Shown: piece after piece, positions 19,467-29,903 of the stretch | How positions within the stretch are numbered: the stretch's first letter is position 1 | Layout: every line of letters starts with the position of its first letter | Assembly (NCBI GenBank): GCA_965222225.1 | Contig: CBDCTK010000002.1 | Location: forward strand, 4,224,001 to 4,288,000 | Direction of reading: 5' to 3' | Length of the DNA stretch: 64,000 nt | Source of the DNA: Candidatus Poribacteria bacterium | Lineage (GTDB): Bacteria; Poribacteria; WGA-4E; JAJDTR01 | Program-made: the position numbers and the translations under genes | The notes under the pieces: model-generated | The model's input: the letters and a program-made list of their open reading frames with translations, nothing else | Database searches by the model: none | Told to the model about the DNA's origin: nothing

Positions 19467-20360
19467 TTAATATATTTCGGGCACGTACGTCTGATCGGAT
19501 CTGGGAGGGCGGATATAATGTTGGTCGGACTGAAGGGGTGGAAGTTCCATCGGTTGAAGCCGTAAATCCTCGTACGGAATTTGTCTTAACAGGTGGGCAA
19601 TACAGTTCAAGCGTGCCCGGCGTTTATCGTGAGATTCAACCACGAACCATGGAGCTTGTTTAATATCTGTATACTTGAACATGTCATCTTTCGCCCTTGA
19701 ATAGTCAACCCACCTCTTGCGCGCCTCCAAATCCATCTTGCTAATTTTCCACCGCTTGCTCGGATTTTCAATCCGAGCCTGAAAGCGGTGCGCCTGTTCC
19801 TCGAAATCCACGGATAACCAATACTTAATCAGGACAATACCTGAACGCACCAGCATCCGTTCGAACTCCGGACACGAACGCAGGAATTCTTGATACTCTT
19901 CATCGGTACAGAAATTCATTACGCGTTCAACACCAGCTCGGTTGTACCAGCTCCGGTCGAACAGTACCATCTCTCCAGATGCTGGAAGATGGGCGACGTA
20001 TCGTTGGAAGTACCACTGGTTTTTTTCGCGTTCCGTTGGTGTCCCTAACGCGACGACTCGACAGATACGGGGATTCAAAGCTTCGGTAATCCGCTTGATT
20101 GTGCCTCCCTTTCCCGCGGTGTCGCGTCCTTCAAAGATTACGACAACTTTCAACCCCTTGTGCTTGATGTGTTCCTGCAACTTAATTAACTCAAGCTGAA
20201 GCCGCGCTAACTCTTTTTCATAGAATTTTCGCTTTAGCGCCTTTTCTTTCTGGGCGGGATTCTCTCCTACTATGTGAGTTTCCTCGTTTGCAACCTGTTG
20301 GCTATCCTTCATCTCGGAGTTCTGCTCCTTATGCGAACAGGATTTCTTCTTTTTCGCCAT
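19467..20360 (-). CDS. ppk2: Polyphosphate kinase 2
   Basis: FEGRDTAGKGGTIK, FDRSWYNRAGVERVM motifs; ATG 20360 with GAGGAGG. Confidence 0.95.
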   Translation of the reverse strand: MAKKKKSCSHKEQNSEMKDSQQVANEETHIVGENPAQKEKALKRKFYEKELARLQLELIKLQEHIKHKGLKVVVIFEGRDTAGKGGTIKRITEALNPRICRVVALGTPTEREKNQWYFQRYVAHLPASGEMVLFDRSWYNRAGVERVMNFCTDEEYQEFLRSCPEFERMLVRSGIVLIKYWLSVDFEEQAHRFQARIENPSKRWKISKMDLEARKRWVDYSRAKDDMFKYTDIKQAPWFVVESHDKRRARLNCIAHLLRQIPYEDLRLQPMELPPLQSDQHYIRPPRSDQTYVPEIY

Positions 20361-20465
20361 AATCTCCTCCTCTTTATCTTGACCCAACTCAATTAAAATG
20401 GGACGCATGCACTGAAAATTCTGGAGAACGAAAAGCTAACGTCGTAGCCGTCCAAGTAGCAATCC

Positions 20466-20708
20466 TTATCTCAAAGATCCCGTTTCAGCCTCTCTGTGTA
20501 CTGCCATCTTGATTTTAGTCCAAGCTGAACTTGATTGGTTGAGCACGACAATTGCTTTGGCATTCTTCCGATAGTCTTGGCAGGTGTCGTATACGAGTCG
20601 CAGCATGTCCGAAGAATCGGAATCGAGATAGCAATCACCAAGTTTTTCCATAATTATTATATCGTCCTCAGAATTATCCATCAGCTCTGCCAAAGACTTT
20701 TGATCCAT
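20466..20708 (-). CDS. Small hypothetical protein
   Basis: 80-aa ORF co-oriented upstream of ppk2; no recognised motif. Confidence 0.35.
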   Translation of the reverse strand: MDQKSLAELMDNSEDDIIIMEKLGDCYLDSDSSDMLRLVYDTCQDYRKNAKAIVVLNQSSSAWTKIKMAVHREAETGSLR

Positions 20709-20885
20709 GCCGATTAGCTTTGATCCGAATTACGCCATGTCGTTACCGGACAAGATATCACGTTTTGATTTCATTGTACAACCTCAATTAACACATATAC
20801 CAAGCATTTCGGCTTAATGGAAGCTGCCAAAAACAACTCGACGGATAAAGTCTTAGATACGCGCTCTGAAATCCCCCCACAGCGT

Positions 20886-20914
20886 TGACAGGAATCCCGC
20901 AGACATGTAAAATC
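20886..20914 (+). promoter_or_regulatory. sigma70-like promoter of the EamA gene
   Basis: TTGACA-N17-TAAAAT with TG extension, about 26 bp before ATG 20941. Confidence 0.5.
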
Positions 20915-20940
20915 GTGTCGATTCAACCCAAAAGACACCT

Positions 20941-21834
20941 ATGACACTTTTAACTATCATTCTGGTTCTTTTCTCCGCCTTCATTCATGCCCTTTGGAAT
21001 TACTATGCAAAATCCAGTAAATCTACCCAGATTTTCTTCTTTTGGATTGGTATCTTCACACTCTTTTTGACACTCGCAGCGTTCGCGATTCGATCGCCTA
21101 TTATCCCTTCACAAGTTTGGGTGTATGTTATTACATCCGGTCTAGTCCACTTCGGTTACTGGTTCTCCTTGAGTCGCGCCTACATGCTGGGTGAGATCTC
21201 GTTTGTTTATCCAATCGCGCGCTCGGCGCCCGCGTTTGTTCCGCTCTTAGCGTTCCTGTTCTTGGACGAATCAATTTCCACACGGGGACTGGTGGGTATC
21301 TTCTGTGTGGTGTTGGCAATCTATCTTTTCCAGCAACGGGGAAATAAAATTATGCTCAAATCAATCCTTCAATATGCACGGAAACCAGATTCAATCTGGG
21401 CATTTTCGACACTTGGCACGGTCATAGCATACTCCTTGATTGATAAGCAAGGAATGACGGTATTCCACGCATATTCCAATAAATCGGCTATTTGGGACGC
21501 GATGACCTATTATCTTGCCGAGGGATGTATTGCGCTGGTGTTGTACAATACCTACATTTTTCTTCAGTTTCGATGGAGACAAATTGCTGAAATTGGACGA
21601 CGAGAATGGAAGCAAGTGATTACGGCGGCTACATTGGCGATGGTCTCGTACACACTGATTCTTTACCTCCTGATGACCGAAAAGGTCAGTTACATCGTTG
21701 CGCTTCGACAATGCTCTGTAATCTTTGCGGTGCTTCTCGGCAGTTACAAGTTACACGAGTCCGGTTTAAGGCTACGGTTAGCTGGGGCAGCCCTGATAGT
21801 GTTTGGAATGTTTCTAATTTCGATGGCGGGATAG
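20941..21834 (+). CDS. EamA/DMT family transporter
   Basis: SAFIHALWN, GEISFVYPIARS, YSLIDK, VALRQCSV; about 10 TM helices. Confidence 0.9.
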   Translation: MTLLTIILVLFSAFIHALWNYYAKSSKSTQIFFFWIGIFTLFLTLAAFAIRSPIIPSQVWVYVITSGLVHFGYWFSLSRAYMLGEISFVYPIARSAPAFVPLLAFLFLDESISTRGLVGIFCVVLAIYLFQQRGNKIMLKSILQYARKPDSIWAFSTLGTVIAYSLIDKQGMTVFHAYSNKSAIWDAMTYYLAEGCIALVLYNTYIFLQFRWRQIAEIGRREWKQVITAATLAMVSYTLILYLLMTEKVSYIVALRQCSVIFAVLLGSYKLHESGLRLRLAGAALIVFGMFLISMAG

Positions 21835-21900
21835 AGAAAAAGAATTTAAACAAACGAGACAACCGATTGTTGATTTACCGTGAATCTGTTCTGCCATTTT

Positions 21901-22668
21901 CTAAACAGAGTCCTCGTCCGATGTATCGGTTGGGGTAGCCGGTTCATCACCTTCTTCATCCGTTCTGTCGGGAGTTGTGACTTGCAGAAACAAATCCTCT
22001 AAGTTCATCTCAATCTCCGCTATACTATCGGAAAATGCCAAGCCGCCTTCCGCCAAGATTATGACGTGACTGCAAATGGGAGCAACCTCCCCAGGTCGGT
22101 TCGTGGTGGTTACAATCGTTTTTTCCATTGCGGAAAGTTCTTGTATCAGCGTACTCAGCTCGTTCCGTCCACGCACGTCCAATCCGGAAAAAGGCTCATC
22201 AAACAACCAGATTTCCGGGTCATGTAGAAATGTTTTGGCAAGGCAAAGCCGCCGTTTCTCGCCTTGAGAAAGAGATGCAATCTTCCGATGGGCTATCGCA
22301 GCAATGTCCATTAGATTCAACACGTCTTCAATTGCGGTGGCGCGTCCGCTTTTGTCCAATTTGTACGCGGCGGCAAAAAAATCAAGGTATTCAACAATCG
22401 AAAGGTGTGGATAACCATCGAATGTTTCCGGAACATAGCCTATAAGAGGCCTGACCTCGCGTAGATTCGTAAATGCATCATGTCCGGCAATATTGACCGT
22501 TCCGCTAGTCGGTTCAGTTAAGGTCGCCAAAATTCTGAGTAGTAACGATTTGCCCGATCCGTTTGCGCCGAGAAGAGCAAGACTCTCGCCCGATTCCACA
22601 CGGAACGTTAGGTCGGCGAAAATTACGTTTCCTTCTACTGATTTGGATAAATTCTGGACTTCAATCAC
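21901..22668 (-). CDS. ABC transporter ATP-binding protein (ABC-2 type)
   Basis: GANGSGKS, LSQGEKRR, LFDEPFSGLD. Confidence 0.9.
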   Translation of the reverse strand: MIEVQNLSKSVEGNVIFADLTFRVESGESLALLGANGSGKSLLLRILATLTEPTSGTVNIAGHDAFTNLREVRPLIGYVPETFDGYPHLSIVEYLDFFAAAYKLDKSGRATAIEDVLNLMDIAAIAHRKIASLSQGEKRRLCLAKTFLHDPEIWLFDEPFSGLDVRGRNELSTLIQELSAMEKTIVTTTNRPGEVAPICSHVIILAEGGLAFSDSIAEIEMNLEDLFLQVTTPDRTDEEGDEPATPTDTSDEDSV

Positions 22669-22901
22669 ACTGGTAGGCTCCGTGCATGTTATGTCAATTG
22701 TGACGCAATGGATGATCGTAAAGATTTAATTGTACACGGGCATCATGGCTTACGTCATACATATAGGTGACGTGGCGCCCATCACGATACACCGTTGATA
22801 TTTTAGCAAAGATGGCGGAATTTCGCAACTGCCCGCTATACATTTAATCAACCAAGAGTCGGTACTCATTAAAATCAACCGTGCCGAACTGAAGAAACGC
22901 A

Positions 22902-23510
22902 ATGCGGAAATCCACTAAAGCTTTATTGGTCATTGAGTTTTTTTTCGTGGTTAACCTTATGATTCCTGATGATGTCTACGTTCACAAAACGGTTGAAGGT
23001 GATGGGAGTGCGTTCAACGAACTTGTGCAACGTCACTATGCCAAGATTTATGGGCTGGCTTGCCGTATGCTTGGTAATCCGGACGATGCATCCGACGCAA
23101 CTCAAGAGACGTTTTTGGAAGCCTATAAATCGCTTCAATCCTTCCAGTTTCAATCGAAGTTTTCAACGTGGTTGTATCGAGTAGCAATCAATACATGCCA
23201 ACAGCACATTCGTAAGTCCGAGTCCCGGGGCCGCACGTTGATGTCTTACACGAATAGCCTGCGAGAGCAGGACCGTCAGTACATCGCAGATTTTCCGGAG
23301 CGGATGATATTGAAAACCGAGCGAGATGGCTTAATACAAGCAGCAATCGACCAATTGCCGCCAAAGCAACGAGCCGTGGTAGTTCTGTTTTATGCTCAAA
23401 ATCTGAAATATCGAGAGATTGCACTGGTTTTAGATTGTTCGGAAGGCACAGCGGCTTCACGCCTGAACGCGGCAATAAGAAACCTCAAATCAATGCTCAA
23501 GAATCTGTAG
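22902..23510 (+). CDS. ECF RNA polymerase sigma factor (start possibly 22959)
   Basis: DASDATQETFL, FSTWLYRVAIN, LPPKQR..YREIA..L..SEGT region 4. Confidence 0.92.
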   Translation: MRKSTKALLVIEFFFVVNLMIPDDVYVHKTVEGDGSAFNELVQRHYAKIYGLACRMLGNPDDASDATQETFLEAYKSLQSFQFQSKFSTWLYRVAINTCQQHIRKSESRGRTLMSYTNSLREQDRQYIADFPERMILKTERDGLIQAAIDQLPPKQRAVVVLFYAQNLKYREIALVLDCSEGTAASRLNAAIRNLKSMLKNL

Positions 23511-23541
23511 AGGTGACGACGTATAGAAAGGAGGTACTATT

Positions 23542-24075
23542 TTGAATTGTGAAGATTTCATGACAACTATCAATGTGAATCGCTTAAGTTCAGAGCTCCA
23601 ACTGCAAGAGAATGTTGAATTGAAACGGCACCTTGAGACGTGCCCAAAGTGTGAGGCGGAATATGAGGAGATGCTGCATGCGGTAGCAGTTCTTGAAAGC
23701 CTGCCAGATCCCGCGCCACCTCCAGATCTTGCCTTGCGCATTCAGAAAGAGATTGCCAAGGAACATCGTCGCAGTCGCCTCGCTTTTTTTGCAAACCCGT
23801 TTGCCCGCCTTATTCTTGCTTTGAAGATCAACCCTCACCCGGCACTCGTTAACTGTACCGCGATGATATTCTACTTAATGCTGACGGTTTTTTTGGTAAA
23901 ACTCACATTCTTCAGCGAATCAAATGATGCAAGGCACATCTCATCCCCTGCCAAAGCCGTAAAGAAGAACGCGCGTGTTGTCACAACATCATGGGCTGCG
24001 ATCAGAGGAATACCAACTCTCAGAGAGGAACCTGAGCTGATGATGCCAGAGGAGGAGACTATACAAGAGCGATAA
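23542..24075 (+). CDS. Zinc-finger (zf-HC2) anti-sigma factor, single TM
   Basis: HLETCPKC motif, TM helix, directly after the ECF sigma; AGGAGG RBS. Confidence 0.85.
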   Translation: MNCEDFMTTINVNRLSSELQLQENVELKRHLETCPKCEAEYEEMLHAVAVLESLPDPAPPPDLALRIQKEIAKEHRRSRLAFFANPFARLILALKINPHPALVNCTAMIFYLMLTVFLVKLTFFSESNDARHISSPAKAVKKNARVVTTSWAAIRGIPTLREEPELMMPEEETIQER

Positions 24076-24079
24076 TTAA

Positions 24080-25328
24080 CGGAATTAGTAGCTTGTAGCT
24101 TTTAGACTGACGACAAACATAAAACTTGGTACCCTGTCGTAAATCTTTTCGTCACACGTAGATGTCCATAGTGACTATTCTTCTCGTAGGAGTTTGCTAT
24201 GGACATTTTGAATCTTATGAAAGAGTTTCCAAATCAAGAATCTTGTCTCAGATTTATAGAGGAAAAACGTTGGAAGGACGGTGTTTGCTGTATCCACTGT
24301 GGCAGTGAAAAAGTTGGACGCAAGAACAAAAACGACATTACTACTGGTTGGAATTGCTACGATTGTGAATCTAGCTTTTCGGCTACAGCAGGAACCATCT
24401 TCCATGGTACCAAGATACCTCTCCAGAAATGGTTTTTGGCTATCTCAATTCTTTCCAATGCCAAGAAAAGCATATCGAGTTGTCAGCTTGCTCGTGACTT
24501 GGACATGAATCAAAAGTCCGCTTGGTATATGGCAATGCGCCTCCGTGAGAAAATGAGTGATAGTGATGAATTGCTGAAAGGGATAGTTGAAGCGGACGAA
24601 ACCTATGTCGGCGGCAAACCCAGAGCAAAATCTAAGAGAGGTAGAGGCACAAATAAATCTCCCGTCATCGGCGTAGTCGAGAGAGGCGGTCGGGTGGTTG
24701 CTAAATTCATGAAGGTTCTATCTGGTGAAAATATCAGAGAATTCATCCTTAGCAATGTCTCACCCGATGAGTCTATTCTTATGACTGATGAATTTCGCTC
24801 TTACAATAGTCTGGACGAAGATATCGAAAGACATGTTATCCATCACCAAGAGAGATATGTTTCTGAGGACGGCGTAACTCACACCAACACCATCGAGTCG
24901 TTTTGGGCTTGTGTCAAGAGGTCATTCTACGGAACGCATCATCACTACAGCAAGAAGTGGCTGCCACTGTATATCATGGAGTCTTGCTGGAAATATAATC
25001 GCAGAAAAGATGATGAGATTTTCATAAGATTTTTTGATGAATGCTTCACCTGAGCCACATGAATTGTTTGGCTATCGGTATATTCTGTCAACGACAACAT
25101 CATGGTGTGCTGAAAATCCCATAGTGTTGGAAATTAAAATCCCGCAGATAACCCGCAATGCTCCCGCGAGCATGTACAAACGCTTGGTCAACATGATATG
25201 CCTCCATTTCTCTCTTATAGAGATGTATTTTAGTGTGAATCAAGATTCCGAACACTGTCTAAAGTTATTGTACATTAAGAAGAGAAAAGCAAGCAAATCG
25301 ACCAAAAAGCAGTTAACTACTAAGTCCC
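24080..25328 (+). mobile_element. Complete IS1595-family insertion sequence (1249 bp)
   Basis: 8-bp TSD ATAATTAA at 24072-24079 and 25329-25336; imperfect IRs CGGAATTAGTAG / CTACTAAGTCCC. Confidence 0.85.
24199..25053 (+). CDS. IS1595-family (ISXO2-like) transposase
   Basis: N-terminal CxxC..CxxC ribbon, VEADETYVGG, MTDE, HTNTIESFW..KR motifs. Confidence 0.95.
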   Translation: MDILNLMKEFPNQESCLRFIEEKRWKDGVCCIHCGSEKVGRKNKNDITTGWNCYDCESSFSATAGTIFHGTKIPLQKWFLAISILSNAKKSISSCQLARDLDMNQKSAWYMAMRLREKMSDSDELLKGIVEADETYVGGKPRAKSKRGRGTNKSPVIGVVERGGRVVAKFMKVLSGENIREFILSNVSPDESILMTDEFRSYNSLDEDIERHVIHHQERYVSEDGVTHTNTIESFWACVKRSFYGTHHHYSKKWLPLYIMESCWKYNRRKDDEIFIRFFDECFT

Positions 25329-25741
25329 ATAATTAATGTTACGTGTTAACGCCTCATGACTACAAGACGTCAAGATTACAACAAGAATTGATTACCGAGG
25401 CGCATGTTTTCCCGACCTGTTCTACACCCCGTTATTGTACGGAACATCCCTACATTAACTAGGAATACGTCTATGCCTATTTGCTGGTTCTCATGTATCT
25501 CACTTAAATATCCCGGCACTGGCGCATTCCCGTCCTAGAGGCATCAATTTGATTGACGCAGTAATTCCGGATATGCTATGATAACCTTTCTGCGTTACGG
25601 AAAGACATAGGACTGTATTCACCCTAATTGAGAGTGCATTTGAAAGCAGGGCGTTTACCAAAGTCCGACCGTTGCTTAATCGAATTGTCGAAACTGGCCA
25701 GAGAGAAGCAAAAATCGTAAAAATATAAGGGAGGCAACTGA

Positions 25742-26509
25742 ATGCCGGAAATTGGAATACCTCACACGATTGGCGGGATTGCCATCATCATAGCCTTAAC
25801 GACCTCATTTCGTATTCTGAAAGAATACGAACGAGCTGTTGTTTTTCGCCTTGGGCGACTCAGTGGAACAAGAGGTCCCGGCTGGGTTTGGTTGATTCCA
25901 TTCTGGGTTGAACGCATGCAGAAAATTAGCCTTCGGGTGGTTGTGCAGGATGTCACCCCTCAAGATGCGATCACGAAGGACAACGTCTCGGTGAGTGTGA
26001 ATGCGGTGCTCTCTTTTCGAGTTGTGGCGGCGGACAAAGCCGTCGTTGAAGTGGAGGACTTTGGGTTCGCCATCGCGCAGGTTGCGCAGACGACACTCCG
26101 GAGCGTACTCGGTAGGGCTGAGCTTGATGATCTTCTGTCAGAGCGGGAGAAGCTTAATCAAGACCTTCAAACAATCATTGAACAACACTGTGCACCGTGG
26201 GGTGTCAAGGTCTTTGCCATGGAGATTAAGCATGTTGACTTGCCTGCCGAGATGCAACGAGCAATGGCAAAACAGGCGGAGGCGGAAAGAGAACGGCGTG
26301 CCAAGATCACTCACGCAGAAGGTGAATTGGAATCTGCCCACGCATTGACAGATGCGGCGACAATCTTGAGCGCAACGCCAACCGCAATCCAATTGCGATT
26401 TCTGCAGGCAATGGTTGAGGTTTCCGCGGAGAAAAATTCAACTCTCGTGTTTCCGATTCCCATCGATCTCCTCACACCGTTCCTAAAACAGAGAGATGAA
26501 AAGAGTTAA
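25742..26509 (+). CDS. SPFH/band 7 (stomatin/slipin) protein
   Basis: [48 protein letters not shown]. Confidence 0.93.
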   Translation: MPEIGIPHTIGGIAIIIALTTSFRILKEYERAVVFRLGRLSGTRGPGWVWLIPFWVERMQKISLRVVVQDVTPQDAITKDNVSVSVNAVLSFRVVAADKAVVEVEDFGFAIAQVAQTTLRSVLGRAELDDLLSEREKLNQDLQTIIEQHCAPWGVKVFAMEIKHVDLPAEMQRAMAKQAEAERERRAKITHAEGELESAHALTDAATILSATPTAIQLRFLQAMVEVSAEKNSTLVFPIPIDLLTPFLKQRDEKS

Positions 26510-26529
26510 GTGTTTCCCACAGGTCGAAT

Positions 26530-26898
26530 ATGTTGTCTGCGAGAGACAAAATCATCCTCAAAGGTATTCGATTCCATGGTTACCATGGCACCTCTGAGTC
26601 CGAGAGACAAGTGGGACAGAAATATGAGGTTGATGTCGAATTGATATGCAGTTTGGCTACAGCCGGCGGTACGGATGACCTCGACGACACCGTTAACTAT
26701 ACCGATGTCGTCGACCTAATTGTCGAAATCGGGACGGAAAAATCCTTCCATTTAATCGAGGCCCTGGCAGAAAGGTCGGCGTCAGGAATTTTGAACCGTT
26801 TCCCGGTTGATGAAGTCCGAATAACCGTTAAGAAGCTGTCTCCTCCGATTGAGCAACCTCTTCCTCATGTTGCGGTAGAAATATGTCGAAGCAAATAG
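26530..26898 (+). CDS. folB: Dihydroneopterin aldolase
   Basis: FHGYHG..E..GQ, DDTVNY, LIEALAE motifs. Confidence 0.93.
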   Translation: MLSARDKIILKGIRFHGYHGTSESERQVGQKYEVDVELICSLATAGGTDDLDDTVNYTDVVDLIVEIGTEKSFHLIEALAERSASGILNRFPVDEVRITVKKLSPPIEQPLPHVAVEICRSK

Positions 26899-26997
26899 CA
26901 GCCAAGATTAATTCGCTAGCCATTACGAATACGGTTTTCACATCTGGATTGGCAGCTTCAACGTGCCCAACTTATTGCGAAGAGGTTGAAATCCGTC

Positions 26998-28287
26998 TTA
27001 CTCCAAATAGGGGCGCAGGTGAGTCAACGTCCGCTCTGCAGCCCCTAGATTCTCTTCAATAACACGCTTTCCAATCAATCCCCTTCGAACTCGTTCTTTC
27101 GGGTTATTGAACCAATGTCCGAGCACGGAAGCCATTTCAGTCGCATTATTGACTAATTGCGCTGCCCCTTCGTCCCGGAGCATGTGCGCTTCGTGAGCGT
27201 TGTGGACGGTTGGCCCGAATAGTATGGGTTTCGCCATTGCCGCCGGCTCCATCACGTTATGAACGCTGCCGTGAAAACTTCCTCCCACAAATACAACATC
27301 GCCCATTAAATAGAGTTTCGCGAGCAATCCAACGGTGTCGATTATAATCACATCGGTGTCTTTCAGATTAATCCCGTCCGTTAAATCGGAAAAACAGAAA
27401 TATGAGAAGCCGCGTAGATTTAACACTTCTCGAATCTGGCGGATGCGGTTCTCGGTCGGCTCGTGAGGAACAAGAATAAGGTGGGGTCGAATCCGGGATG
27501 GTTCCTGCTGCAGAAGTTTGTACGCCTCCAACAATACTCGCTCATCCTCCGAGTAGGTGCTTCCGGCAATCAGAACCTGGCGGGCTAACGTAGCCTGTCC
27601 CGGAAAGAATTCGGCGTCAGCCTCAACGGTTAGCGCTCGTTGGTAGACCCTATCGAAACGTGTGTCGCCAGTCACCTCAATTCGGGCATCAGGCGGGCAA
27701 ATCTGACGGAATCGTTCCGCGTCTGCCTCCGAGATGGCGCAATGGAGTGTGATGTGGCGGTGCACACTCCTGGAAAACGGGCGCACTAGGTATGACATCC
27801 GCTTTGACTTTGCGTGCAGTGTCCCGGCAATAAGAATGATTGGTACCTTCTGGCGGGCGGTTGACCACACGAGATTGGGCCAAGTATCAAATTTTGAAAA
27901 GACTAGAAGTGTTGGCTTGATAATCTGAAGAAGTGCGCGCGCATTGTGACGCGTGTCAAGCGGTAGGTAACCCGATGCATCGCAGTAAGAATATCGCGCG
28001 ACGTTGGGGTGTACGGACGGCGAGAAGTAGGTCAGTACAATTCGAGAATCATCTTTAATCGCCTCAATTAGAGGTTTAGCTTGTTCAAATTCTCCGACCG
28101 AAGTAAAATGAAACCAAACAGTGCAGTCCGATTGCCGTGCCGAATTCAACTGGCTTTTCAGCTTTCTCAGTACATCACGCCTACCTGCGATGCCCTCCCG
28201 GACCTTATTGTCGAATTTCGCTGCGGTGTGAAAACCAACGAATAGCGCCGGAACACCTATCGCGTTATAGAGTGATTCCCAAATCAT
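26998..28287 (-). CDS. waaA: 3-deoxy-D-manno-octulosonic-acid (Kdo) transferase
   Basis: WFHFTSVGEFEQ, YLPLD, TGDTRFD, LVPHEP, VGGSF..HNVMEPA. Confidence 0.9.
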   Translation of the reverse strand: MIWESLYNAIGVPALFVGFHTAAKFDNKVREGIAGRRDVLRKLKSQLNSARQSDCTVWFHFTSVGEFEQAKPLIEAIKDDSRIVLTYFSPSVHPNVARYSYCDASGYLPLDTRHNARALLQIIKPTLLVFSKFDTWPNLVWSTARQKVPIILIAGTLHAKSKRMSYLVRPFSRSVHRHITLHCAISEADAERFRQICPPDARIEVTGDTRFDRVYQRALTVEADAEFFPGQATLARQVLIAGSTYSEDERVLLEAYKLLQQEPSRIRPHLILVPHEPTENRIRQIREVLNLRGFSYFCFSDLTDGINLKDTDVIIIDTVGLLAKLYLMGDVVFVGGSFHGSVHNVMEPAAMAKPILFGPTVHNAHEAHMLRDEGAAQLVNNATEMASVLGHWFNNPKERVRRGLIGKRVIEENLGAAERTLTHLRPYLE

Positions 28288-28367
28288 ATAGAATCTACAC
28301 GTATTTCATTACAAGAGAAGCCAAATAATTGTACCATGTCACTCCGTGCCGTGTGTCGCGACGCACT

Positions 28368-28694
28368 TTATAGTGCGCCTAGAATTTTTTGCTGCAATGC
28401 ATCCTTCGGCATGACACCGACAATTTGCTCGGCAACTTCACCATCTTTGAAAACGAGCAGTGTGGGGATGCTTCGAATGCCGTATTTCATCGCTGTTTCG
28501 CGGTTGTTATCCACATCTAACTTTCCAACAGAGAATTTCCCAACATTCTCATCGGCAAGTTCTTCCAGAATTGGAGCAATCATCTTGCACGGGCCGCACC
28601 ATTCCGCCCAAAAATCAACCACCGTCGGCGTATCGGAACTTACAACACTTTCTTCAAAAGTTTCATCAGTGACTTCAAAAACGTTCCCAGCCAT
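28368..28694 (-). CDS. trxA: Thioredoxin
   Basis: [19 protein letters not shown]. Confidence 0.97.
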   Translation of the reverse strand: MAGNVFEVTDETFEESVVSSDTPTVVDFWAEWCGPCKMIAPILEELADENVGKFSVGKLDVDNNRETAMKYGIRSIPTLLVFKDGEVAEQIVGVMPKDALQQKILGAL

Positions 28695-29039
28695 AATTTC
28701 CCTCCTTCTAAGTAATAATCTGTTTTCATGTTTCTCAAAACCGCGTCTCTATTGCTTATCACGAAAAACGAGCAGTGTAGAATCCGCCTACTTGAATATT
28801 GCCAAAAACTGCGCAATATGATACCCTACAAGTATACCAGAGTCAACCGTATTCCCGTCAAAAATCTGTCAACCTCTTGGCGTGGAATACTGTGCATCTG
28901 TTCCGAGTCTGACATCATAGGCATTTGGCTTCAGCCTGAGGCAGCAAAATAAATGGCACCAAGCTTACAACGGATTACTGATTTTGGTTCGGAGTTTAAG
29001 CCTATCCGATGGATCCAAAGACTTGTATCGGAAAGGGCA

Positions 29040-29648
29040 ATGTACAATTTAAGCGGAAAAATAGCCCTTGTCACAGGTGTTGGAGGAGAGTTCGGAATAG
29101 GACGCGCTATCGCCATGAGACTTGCCGAGGATGGCGCCGACTTCGCTATCAGCGACCTCGCACAGAGTCTCCGTATACCGACAGCGGATCGGACTGGGCT
29201 GTGTTGCCGCAGGTAGTCGATGAAATCCGTGCGTTGGAATGCAGATCGATTGGAATTACGGCCGACGTTTCTAAAGCAGTTCAAGTCGAGAACATGGTCC
29301 GGAAGGTGATTGGAGAGTTCGGACGTATTGACATTCTGGTAAACAATGCCGGTGCACTCGCGGGACCGGACCGCGTTTCCGTCACTGGACTGGATGAGGC
29401 GGTCTGGGATCGAGTACAATTTGTTAATGTCAAGGGGACGTTTCTCTGTTGCAAGACAGCTGCCCGGCACTTCAACAATTACGGAAAAACGACGGCAGAT
29501 AGTTGAGAAGAAAGCTTCAGATGTACCTCTAGGTCGGATTGCTCAAGGTCTTGATGTTGATCGAACCGCGGCATACCTCGCTTCGTCCGAGTCGGGCTAT
29601 CACACCGGATTGGCAATAAGTGTTACCGGCGGGTTGGAAATGGGATGA
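29040..29648 (+). pseudogene. SDR oxidoreductase pseudogene
   Basis: ALVTGVGGEFGIGRAIA, DILVNNAG and VPLGR..YLAS..TG..ISVTGG pieces lie in different frames; the catalytic YxxxK segment is missing. Confidence 0.8.
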
Positions 29649-29903
29649 AACCTTTGGCTTGTTTTCGTTCAATACCACGTCCGTTTGATACAGAATAGCC
29701 AACGGCGCTCCCGATACCCTTCAGAGGCAACCAAGCCTTACACTTTTGAGTGCAAGACTTGGGACAGGACGCAGAGCACTACAACTAACACTTCTCGACT
29801 CGTTTCAGCATCTAGGCTACCGCTAAACTTTCAATTCCAACTTCCGTCAAAAAATACGGTTAAATGGATTATGGAGCAGGTCAACATACTCAAGGAGATG
29901 CTA

